DNA of 64,000 nucleotides from an uncultured Planctomycetota bacterium. Lineage in GTDB: Bacteria; Planctomycetota; Planctomycetia; Isosphaerales; Isosphaeraceae. Position numbers and translations under genes: made by a program. The notes below the pieces were generated by a model. That model saw only the letters and a program-made list of their open reading frames with translations. It ran no database searches and was not told the origin of the DNA. The stretch spans positions 1,696,001 through 1,760,000 of the forward strand of contig CAWGMQ010000010.1 in assembly GCA_963823665.1 (NCBI GenBank), read 5' to 3'. Shown piece by piece: positions 35,633 to 44,166 of the stretch (position 1 is the first letter of the stretch; each line of letters opens with the position of its first letter).

Positions 35633-35915
35633 TTAACGAGTCAGTATCCGCGTCGAGTTCGATCGCGATGGCAACGCGGAGAACGACCTGGCACGATTGT
35701 GGATTTCTGCGGAGCAGGGTGATCGGCAGCGGATCACGGATGCTGCTTTCGATGTAGAAGCGATCCTCGAGCAAAATCCTCACGCAGGCGTTTCAATTAC
35801 AAACGGCGTCAGTCCGCCTGTTCGTCACCTGGACTGGGATATCCTGCGGGTTTTCTACCGAATCGACGATTCACGCGAAACTGTCGTCATCATCAGATTG
35901 TCGCTATCCGGGTGA
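35629..35915 (+). CDS. RelE/ParE-like toxin (planctomycete type); start uncertain, probable indel at ~35645
   Basis: RVEFDRDGNAENDLARLWI...DRQRITDAA..VE.IL..NP..G...VRHLDWDILRVFYRIDDSRETVVIIRL matches the RelE-fold pattern. Confidence 0.6.
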
Positions 35916-36132
35916 ATCGTCGTTGGTTGCACGTGCGGCAAGGCGACGCCAGAGGCGGTGGAGCTGCTCTCGGAGATCCTTGATCGGCGCGTCACGAGCC
36001 GGTTGAGAGCGCGCCGCGCAAGGTGAACGGGTCAAGTCGCGTGTCCGGATTCGTACCGGGTTCGATACGGAATTGGCTAAGCACGTCATCACCACGTCGG
36101 ATCGATCAATGCCGCCCGCCTTGACGGGTGCG

Positions 36133-36651
36133 TCACATTCCACTTCCTGTACCATAGGCCAGATCGAATCGCGAGTTTTCGTCTTTCAAGTACATCTCGA
36201 CGAATTCGCTGAAGGAGCGGGCGACTGTTGAGATTTCGTGTCGTTTGTCTTGGTCGTCCCACGAGAAGGCGATCACTGGATGATCGCCGGTTCTGGCGGA
36301 GTCCAGGCGGATGGCGTAGGCGGGCAGGAAAATCGAGTGGTCGGCGAAGATGAAGAAGGAGGGCCCTTCTGCGGTTTGGATGTCTTCGTAACTCGGATCG
36401 TCGGTGATGGTGAAAACTTCTTGGAGAGGCCAGAAACGGAAAAGGTCGTTGTCGTAAGTCATCTCGCCTCCGATACCGTTTACGTGAAGGTAGTAGGTCC
36501 GCATGTCGTCGGGCAGGGTCACGGCGTAATGGGTCTCGAATTGCTGGAGGAGCGCTTCGGCGACGCCAGGCGGAGGGTCGAGGCCCTGGGCCAACCAGTG
36601 CGCCTTCAGGCGTTCGCCGATTCCTTGGGCTTTGACTGGCTCAGTGCTAAT
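36133..36651 (-). CDS. SMI1/KNR4 family (immunity-type) protein
   Basis: PGVAEALLQQFETHYAVTLPDDMRTYYLHVNG, FRFWPL, FIFADH and VARSFSEFVEMYL. The frame extends upstream to an ATT preceded by GAGGT; a TTG at 36594 is the alternative start. Confidence 0.85.
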   Translation of the reverse strand: MSTEPVKAQGIGERLKAHWLAQGLDPPPGVAEALLQQFETHYAVTLPDDMRTYYLHVNGIGGEMTYDNDLFRFWPLQEVFTITDDPSYEDIQTAEGPSFFIFADHSIFLPAYAIRLDSARTGDHPVIAFSWDDQDKRHEISTVARSFSEFVEMYLKDENSRFDLAYGTGSGM

Positions 36652-36893
36652 TTATGACCTCGATCCAGCCACCCCAATTCTGCTGTCGTGCGTGGGATAT
36701 CATCAACTTCAGGAAGAAGGGGTTATAAGGGACGTTGGACTCAATCGCTGGGCGGTCGAACCGCGTCGTCGATCTTCGTCGTCCGAGCCAAGCCTATTGT
36801 ATTGTCTCACCTACTATCCACGTTCACCATGATTCTTGCCGGAGCGGCGCTATTAGGTCTTCGTTCGTAGGATCTGTGCGCCGTTCGAGCGTG

Positions 36894-37013
36894 TCGGAGA
36901 CCTGCGGTCGCGCGTTCGGCCGGGGTCGGAGACCCGCGCCCAACGTCCGGACGGTGCGCAGCTCGGAGACCTGTGGTCACGCCTTCGGGCGGGGTCGGAG
37001 ACCCGCGCCCAAC
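36894..37013. repeat. Two 51-bp REP-like direct repeats
   Basis: TCGGAGACCTG.GGTC.CGC.TTCGG.CGGGGTCGGAGACCCGCGCCCAAC at 36894-36944 and 36963-37013, with internal GGGTC/GACCC hairpins. Confidence 0.8.
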
Positions 37014-37530
37014 ATTGCGGCTTCGCCGCGATGGGCTCAATCGTCGTGCGCATCGCCCGCTGCGCCCAGCCGCTGATCTCGCCACCGTGCCTCGCGCAAG
37101 TCTTGCTTGATCTGCGCGTCAAACCTTTCGCTGCATACTTTGGGAGAATCGATTCGTTTGTACTGCCTCCAGATGTCGTTGTTCCTGGGGATTCACCAGC
37201 TTGTCTCCGTCCCACGTCCAGCCCGCATCAAGCAGGCAGCGGATTTCCTCCGGGATCGGCACACCCGCATTGACGAGTTCCGATGCGCGCGGGTACGTCC
37301 CAACCTAGCCGGGCCGCTGCAACCTCGAACTGTCATCCGATATTGCCGGTGTTATCTATACCGCGTACGATGTGACTTGGGCATGGCGATTCGATTTGCT
37401 GAGGGAATTGAAGGCTTCTGGCTATAGTGTGGACGCCAACAAGTTGACCTGAGTCGCTTTCTTGCAACGAGGTAAGCACCCGTTTGACTGTTGGTCAAGC
37501 GAACAGAATCTTGCGAAGCGAGCGGCGATA

Positions 37531-37887
37531 GTGGCAAAAGCAAGAACCGGGGGTCTAGCCCTGCTGCGCCTGAATCTTGGGGGCGAAGGCGAAGACCCAG
37601 ACTGCATTAACCAGCAACCACCGTGGGTTGACCTTACTTGGATAATTGCGAGGACTTCATTACCGCTCAGCACGTTAACACGAGCCGGAGTCCCTCTGCT
37701 GTTTTGCGAGAATACCTGCTTGTGTTTTCCAAATTCAACGATAGATATCGTGATCACTAATGGTGTTCCTGTAGACGTTGGAGTGACATGGTTGGGACCG
37801 TCAATCCCTTCGGGCGAAATAAAGCGTGGTCTCAAGACAGGCGGCTCTTGGTACGACAACGGATCTCTCGTGTATCAGAAACCGTAA
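37531..37887 (+). CDS. Small class I SAM-methyltransferase-like protein (start uncertain)
   Basis: LRLNLGGEGE (motif-I-like), LCFPNSTIDIVITN and EIKRGLKTGG (like EI.RVLKPGG). Lies in a visibly low-GC patch. Confidence 0.5.
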   Translation: MAKARTGGLALLRLNLGGEGEDPDCINQQPPWVDLTWIIARTSLPLSTLTRAGVPLLFCENTCLCFPNSTIDIVITNGVPVDVGVTWLGPSIPSGEIKRGLKTGGSWYDNGSLVYQKP

Positions 37888-37889
37888 CC

Positions 37890-38312
37890 ATGTTCCATGA
37901 ACTCTTAGACAATGCGGGATGCCTCGAACCGGGGCCATTGCAATCTGCTGCTCGCCAGCAGTTCCCATCAATCGTAAAGAGAAGCCACCTGGAACGTCGT
38001 GTAGTCGGCGACCCCGTCCCTTGTGATGGCAAATACATCATTATTGGAATCGCTAGTTATTCACCGCATGATCTTCGACTACTTGATGAGGTAGACGCCG
38101 CCTATGCTCAATGGAAGGATGTAGCCAAGGTCACGGTGTTTGATCTTATGGAATGCAGAGATATGAGCGACGTGGGGAGATTCTTGTTAAACGCCGTCGA
38201 TGTAAGGCAGACGCCGGTCGTCGAAATCTGGGACGACGGACAACTCGTTACATTCCAGACCGGTTTGCCCATGACGCACAAAGTTTTGCAGAATGCGGGT
38301 CTCTTGAAGTAG
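37890..38312 (+). CDS. Thioredoxin-fold-like protein lacking CxxC
   Basis: ATG 2 bp after the preceding stop; IIIGIASYS..DL.LLD, VTVFDL and QTPVVEIWDDGQLV...G (cis-Pro beta-beta-alpha pattern). Confidence 0.6.
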   Translation: MFHELLDNAGCLEPGPLQSAARQQFPSIVKRSHLERRVVGDPVPCDGKYIIIGIASYSPHDLRLLDEVDAAYAQWKDVAKVTVFDLMECRDMSDVGRFLLNAVDVRQTPVVEIWDDGQLVTFQTGLPMTHKVLQNAGLLK

Positions 38313-38564
38313 CCGATTGCGCATGTGAAGCTTGTCTAGAACGCCCGTGCATCCGAGCGTGTCTGCAACACCTCGCGTTTTCCCTATTCTGGGTGTGGAT
38401 TTTTGAAAAAAAGTCTATTGCGGGATACCCGAGCGACGACCAAATAATTGGGCAACACCTCGTCCGGCTTCACGATCGAATGGCGACACGGCTCGGAGAA
38501 GCCGAATCGCTGCGGGGCCTTGGACCCGGTTACCCAGCGACAAACGGACTGGAGCGAAAAATCC

Positions 38565-39260
38565 ATGCCACGACGGCGAGCGTTTCGTCCCGCGCTCTCG
38601 AATGTTCTGGAAGGCCGAATCGCCTTGAGCAGCGCAGCAGCCGTAGCCCATAAGTCCTCGGTCGTCGCGGCGGAAACCCAGGCCGCGAGCACCGTAACGA
38701 CCCCGCCATCATACGAGAAGCTGACGACGACCTACGCCAACGGGGATGCCGGCAATATTGTCGGAATTGGCGAGATCCATGGCACGACCGAGACCGCATA
38801 TCGCCTGATCGTGCCGACCGGCACGAACACGACCACGACCACCGACTCGATCGATTTGCCCGGTACCGCCGGTCACGAAACGGTCGTGAACGTGGCGACC
38901 ACGCAGGGCAACACGACGACCGAAAATATCACGACGACGCTGCCGGACGGTTCGACCACGACCGAGACCAGGATCCTCAACACCTACGGCCGCAAGACCA
39001 AAATCGACGCATGGCTCGATTTACCTGGCCTGGGCAATCAGACCACCGTGGGCACCACGGTTCAGAGCGGACCGAAGGCGATCACCACCGAGGTGATCCA
39101 CACGGCCGCCGGCAAGGCTTATCACTACCACCGAGTCGTGACCCATATCAGTCCGCTCGAATCGACCGTCAGCACCACGACCACCGGGCCGAGCGGCGCG
39201 GCTACCAATCACGTGCGGTCAACCACCACGATTACATCGCTGTCGTTGCCGACGACGTGA
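38565..39260 (+). CDS. Secreted Thr-rich protein with planctomycete LExR motif
   Basis: GGAG SD; MPRRRAFRPALSNVLEGRIALS; very Thr-rich body. Confidence 0.8.
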   Translation: MPRRRAFRPALSNVLEGRIALSSAAAVAHKSSVVAAETQAASTVTTPPSYEKLTTTYANGDAGNIVGIGEIHGTTETAYRLIVPTGTNTTTTTDSIDLPGTAGHETVVNVATTQGNTTTENITTTLPDGSTTTETRILNTYGRKTKIDAWLDLPGLGNQTTVGTTVQSGPKAITTEVIHTAAGKAYHYHRVVTHISPLESTVSTTTTGPSGAATNHVRSTTTITSLSLPTT

Positions 39261-39321
39261 GGGGCCGACTCCTCAGAGGGCGTTCCGCCTCAATCTTGCG
39301 CCGTCCCGATTCGGGCCAACG

Positions 39322-42300
39322 TCACTTTTTCGGTGTCGCCGTCCCGTCCGTGGCGGACGCGGGATGCGGGGAGGCCGTCGGGCTGCCCTTCGAGTCGTGA
39401 TTTGCGTCGAGCCGCTTTCGCCACGCGCCGGCTTCGGCCTTCTTGCCCCAGTCCTCATAGAATTTGACGACGCGGTCGCCTGCCTCTTTGACGTAGCGTT
39501 GATCGGGAGTGGGCATCGCGGACGACTTCGAGCGCAATTCCTCGCAGCCTTTGACCAGCAGCGGCTCGGCCGCGTCGAATTTCCGTTCCATGGCAAGTGC
39601 CGCGCCGAGCAGGCTGCGTGCACACGAGGTCTCCCAGTCGGCGGGCGTCGTTTTCTCTCGGATTGCCAGCAGCTCACGCGCGAGCTTCAGGGCGGCGACC
39701 GCGTCCCCGGAACCGACGTAAGAATGCGTTAATACCATCATCGAGCTCAGAGTGTCGGGGTGGTCGGCGCCGAGCTTAGCTGCTTGCAAGGGAAATGTCT
39801 TTGCGAGCAGTTTGATCGCTTCGCCATAGCGTGCGTTCATGTCATGGAACGAGGCGAGCTCGAAAACGCACAACAGGGTGTCGGGGTTGTCGTCGCCGAG
39901 CTTCTTTTTGTAAAGCGCGAGTGTTTGCTCGAATAAATTCTTCGCGTCAACATCGCGGCCGAGGACCGCGTAGGCGCTGGCGAGATTCATCATGATGTAG
40001 AGCGTATCGGGATGATCCTCGCCGATCTCGGCCTTGTCGATCGCGACCGTTTGCTCGAAGAGCTCGGTCGCCTGCTGTTTCAGGCCGGCGACCATGTAGG
40101 CGCTCGCGAGGTTGCCCATGCATTTGACCGTCTCGGGATGCTTGGCGCCGAGCCTGGACTTGCTGACTACGAGTGTCTTCTCGTAGAGATCGATCGCCGC
40201 GGCGTTTCGATGCGCGCTGTAATAGGCGTTTGCCAGGTTCATCATGCTGATGATGGTGTCGGGGTGGTCGGGGCCGATCGTTGCCTTGCGGATTTCAAGC
40301 ACCTGTTCGTTGAGTGCGATCGACTCGTCGATGCGCCCAGAGGTTCGATAAATCGAGGCGAGGTTGCCCATGTAGTCGATCGTGTGCGGATCGGCCATGC
40401 CCAGGGCGGCCTTGCTGAGTGCGACCGACTGTTTCATCATTTTGATCGACGGCTCGGCTCGGCCGGCATACCAGTAAGCGATCGCAAGTCGGTTCATGCT
40501 CATGATCGTGTCGAGATGGTTCGCGCCGAGCTTCGCGGTCAAGAGCGCAAGCGCCTGCTCTTCCAGTTTGAGCGATTGGTCGAATCGGCCCGCATACCGG
40601 CAGGCGTTGGCCAGGCCACTCATGGCCGCGAGTGTCTCGCGGTTGTCCTCACCCAGCACGCGTCGGCGCAGCGCCCAGGCGCCCTCGTAGAGCGGAATGG
40701 CCTCGTCGTACTTGCCCAGCGCGTTCAGAGTACCGCCGATCGTGATCCGAATCGAGGCCTCGACGAGCGGCTGATCCGGAAACTTGCCGTCGATTTTCGC
40801 GGCAGCCCGACGCACGACCTCCTCGACCGTCACCTGCTTGTCGCGCGCGTTCTTATCCGGCGAGGCTTCCTCAAGCAGATCATGCCGCAGAAAGTCGTTC
40901 ACTCCTTTCGCGATCGCGGCCTCCGATTTCGCTTGCCGCGCCGATTCGCTGGCGAGCGCCTCCGCTTTGAGTGCGCGGGTCGCCTCTGCCCGCGCCTGCG
41001 ACTCGGCGATCAAGGCCCGACTCGCCTCGCCGCGAGCCCTCTTCTCGGCAGCCGTCGCACGCATCGCCTGCCACGCGCTGGCCACCACGCCGATCAACAG
41101 CAACAGCGCGAACGAGCCCGCCGTGATGATCGCGCCGCGGTTCTTGGTCGCGAACTTCCGCAATCGATAGCCACGCGACGGCGGACTCGCTTCGACGGCG
41201 TCGCCCGCGAGGTACCGCTCGATGTCGCGCGCCAGCCCGGTCGCCGACTCGTATCTCCGCGCGCGGTTCTTCTCAATTGCCTTCATCACGATCCAGTCGA
41301 GATCGCCGCGAACAAGCTTCGTCAGCCGCGCCGGATCCGTGTTCCGGACGTCCGATATCGACGTGATTGCGTCTTTCGATTCGACCAATCGCGTCGACGG
41401 GCGCGGCGGATCCTCCTCCCGGATCCGACGCAAGACCTCGCTCAGTCCTTCATCCCGACGGTTTGCGCGATCGAGAGGAGTGGAGCCCGTGAGCAATTCA
41501 TACAGCAACACTCCCAGTGCATAAATGTCGCTTCGCGTATCGATATCCACTCCACCCAGATCGGCCTGCTCGGGACTCATGTACTCCAAGGTGCCGATGA
41601 TCGAACCCAACTGGGTTTCGAGCGTGCGCTCGGTGAGCCGCTGCTCGATTGCCTTGGCGATTCCAAAATCGATCACCTTCGGGACCGGCACGCCGTCCTG
41701 CACGGTCACGAGCACGTTCGAGGGCTTGATGTCGCGGTGAACGATTCCCTTCTGGTGCGCGTGCTGGATCGCCCTGCAGACCGGGATGAACAGCTCCAGC
41801 CGGGCGCGCGGCGAGAGTCGCTCAGAATCGCAATACTCGGTGATTGGAGTCCCCTTGACCAGCTCCATCACGAAGTAGGGCCGGCCCAGCTCCGTCGTGC
41901 CCGCGTCGTGGACTTTGGCGATATTCGCATGGTCCATCAGCGCCAGCGCCTGACGCTCGGCCTCGAACCGCGCGACGAATTGAGTGGAGTCCATTCCCGG
42001 CTTGATGATCTTCAAGGCAACCTGTCGCCGCACAGGACTGTCTTGATCGGCGAGCCAGACGGAGCCCATCCCGCCCTCGCCTAGAGGCGCGACGAGACGA
42101 TAAGGCCCGACCATGCTCCCGATCGCTTCGACGCGCGAAGACGGGCTCGACCGAGCCTCGCGCTCTGGCGGGGGCGTTGCCGTGTGCGTCGCGTCGCGGT
42201 CAATGACGATGTCACTTGTTTCGATGCGGGCCTTGTCATCGAGACGGGCCTCGAGTCGGTGCCGCAGGTCGTGATCCCCGGCGCACGCAACCTGCAAGAA

Positions 42301-42362
42301 TGCAGGCGCGCGGCGACGTCGGCCAGTTTCACGGCCTCGCGAAAGAGTTGATCCTCGGTCAT
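39322..42362 (-). CDS. Ser/Thr protein kinase with TM segment and 42-aa (kinesin-light-chain type) TPRs; frameshift at ~42305
   Basis: MTEDQLFREAV start; GEGGMGSVW, VALKIIK, HRDIKPSN, DFGIAK and GTLEYMSPEQ; repeats of LG.DHPDT+.SM.NLA. Confidence 0.92.
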
Positions 42363-42399
42363 CGCCAGGTCCCCAAAAATCGACTCGCGTTCGCGGCGA

Positions 42400-42976
42400 T
42401 CAAGGATCTGTTCTTCTTCGGGATGGCGAACGCGGACGACCGCCGGAAGAACGAGGACGACGAACTTGGGGATGTGTGATCGGAACGCGAGGCTGGGCGC
42501 CGGCTCTTTGCGACTTAGGCTCTCCTGGAGCACAGCCTGCGACCGCCCGAGTAGGGCGGGGCTCAGGCGACGGACCTCCGCAATTCGAGTCGCTCCCGGG
42601 TATCGCTTCGTTCGGACTTTTGGACCGGCTCACGATAAGTTGACGCAGGCGATCCTTCCAGTAGTCAGGACGCACGGAGATTTCCTCGAGGAACCGGCGT
42701 ACCACGCCCGATGGAGTTTTCCCGCCATTTTCCCATGCGCACCGCGTGAAGCGACACACCGAGGAATTGTGCAAAGAGCGCCTGGCTGAGGCCAAGCATG
42801 CGTCGTACGCCCTCGACATCTTTTCGGGAATACACTTGAGGTTCCAGCTTCAATTTCACCGTGCGCACTGTGTACTTCTTTTCGACAGCACGGCTTCCCT
42901 CCCTGAGAGTGTCGCGGAACTCAGTCAGTGCGCCGACGATTTCAGCTCCGGCTCGGGAGAGCGTTTCGTCTCGCAT
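42400..42976 (-). CDS. higA: HigA-like XRE HTH antitoxin; frameshift at ~42740, C-terminal end uncertain
   Basis: VRRMLGLSQALFAQFLGVSLHAVR continues as AWENGGKTPSG..RRFLEEI in ORF 42400-42819. Its start overlaps the toxin stop. Confidence 0.75.
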
Positions 42977-43389
42977 CATCGGATAATTCCTTTGTCAAGT
43001 TCGTGTTTGATGCTGGACAGGATCGCGGAAATAGCGCGTTTGTCAGCGGCGTTCAAATCGGCCGTCTCGTTCTTGGCGAAGATGGTAACGAGTACCGCAA
43101 TTCCATACTCAGGAAAGTGCGAAAAACAGACACGAAAGCTCTCCCTTTTGCTCAGATTGGAGTCGTGAGCGGCGAAGCGAAGCTTACGCAGACCTCCCGT
43201 GCCTTGGATTACCGGGAAACGCTCGGGCCCCGCCATGATCGCAATCTGCAACGCGTTCAGCTCCCTATCCCGGAGCTTGAATCGCGCCCACTTGTTATCG
43301 AAGGGCGGCAAGTGAATGAAACGCAACCAATCTGTAGGTTTAAAAAGCTCCGGTGGATACTGCACTGTGTGCGTTTCCTTGCGATGCAT
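42976..43389 (-). CDS. higB: HigB-2/RelE-like toxin (toxin-first operon)
   Basis: FIHLPPF..KW, PVIQGTGGLRKLRF, RVCF and LVTIFAKNETADL. Confidence 0.85.
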   Translation of the reverse strand: MHRKETHTVQYPPELFKPTDWLRFIHLPPFDNKWARFKLRDRELNALQIAIMAGPERFPVIQGTGGLRKLRFAAHDSNLSKRESFRVCFSHFPEYGIAVLVTIFAKNETADLNAADKRAISAILSSIKHELDKGIIR

Positions 43390-43506
43390 GCAAGAGGTTC
43401 ATCTCTTCTACCTCCGCTTGCACCAAGCGTTTTCTGCGCCTGCATACCGACAGATTCGATTTCAGAATCGGCAGTCTGCGCTCCGGAACTATAATAATCA
43501 GTAGCA

Positions 43507-43529
43507 TAGTAGGCTCAGAAAGTCTACTA
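43507..43529. promoter_or_regulatory. Inverted repeat upstream of higBA, probable antitoxin operator
   Basis: TAGTAGGCT-N5-AGTCTACTA (one mismatch) in an AT-rich patch. Confidence 0.45.
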
Positions 43530-43558
43530 ATGGGTACTACGTTTCGCAGGGGCACATC

Positions 43559-43592
43559 GCAGATACGCTCTGAAAGCAGATACGCTCTGAAA
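43559..43592. repeat. Perfect 17-bp tandem duplication
   Basis: GCAGATACGCTCTGAAA x2. Confidence 0.85.
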
Positions 43593-43636
43593 TCGTGCGA
43601 AAATGAAGCGACGCCTCTAGGACGCTCCCCCGATCG

Positions 43637-43665
43637 TTGACAAACGTAATCGAATCGATTACATT
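43637..43665 (+). promoter_or_regulatory. Sigma70 promoter with overlapping palindromic operator for the BlaI-like repressor
   Basis: TTGACA-17 bp-TACATT, with GTAATCG-AAT-CGATTAC at 43646-43662. Confidence 0.75.
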
Positions 43666-43743
43666 CCCAGACGGCTGGAGAATCCATCAACCGTGGCCAA
43701 CACGCGGCTTCCCGCTGCCCGTTCAGATCAAGAGGCCGATCCA

Positions 43744-44148
43744 ATGAGTTCCGGCGAGCGAAAAGACCTATCCAAAGCAGAATGGAAGGTCATGAAAATC
43801 GTCTGGGAGCTGCAGAAGGCAATGGCCCGCGAAGTCTACACGCTCGCCGGTGAGCAATACTCCTGGACTCCCGCCACCGTCAAAACGATCCTCAAGCGTC
43901 TGGTCGACAAGGGTTACTTATCAACCACGCGCGTGGGGAACGGGTTCGTCTACCGCCCGGCACAGTCGGCGCTGGCAACGCTCCAATCCGCGGCCGATAC
44001 ATTGATGACGAACGTCGTCAATGACGTGACTGGCCCACTGCTCGTTCATATGGTCGAACGCGTGCCGCTGAATGAAGGCGACCTCGACTCACTTCAGAAG
44101 CTCATCGACGCCAAGAAGAAATCCTTGAAGAAGCGCGGAGACCGGTAG
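43744..44148 (+). CDS. blaI: BlaI/MecI/CopY family transcriptional repressor
   Basis: LSKAEWKVMKIVW and WTPATVKTILKRLVDKGYL..RVGNGFVYRP. Confidence 0.92.
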   Translation: MSSGERKDLSKAEWKVMKIVWELQKAMAREVYTLAGEQYSWTPATVKTILKRLVDKGYLSTTRVGNGFVYRPAQSALATLQSAADTLMTNVVNDVTGPLLVHMVERVPLNEGDLDSLQKLIDAKKKSLKKRGDR

Positions 44149-44166
44149 GCTGTAAAGGTCTCCAGC

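Noticed and set aside
32938..37013. Direct repeats at 32938-33001 and 36894-37013 as CRISPR arrays
   Set aside because: Only two copies each, adjacent or 18 bp apart, with no unique spacers of CRISPR length and no cas genes.
42396..42479. + strand fragment AIKDLFFFGMANADDRRKNEDDELGDV* that looks like a gene 3' remnant
   Set aside because: Too short to assign, has no start, and overlaps the kinase upstream region.
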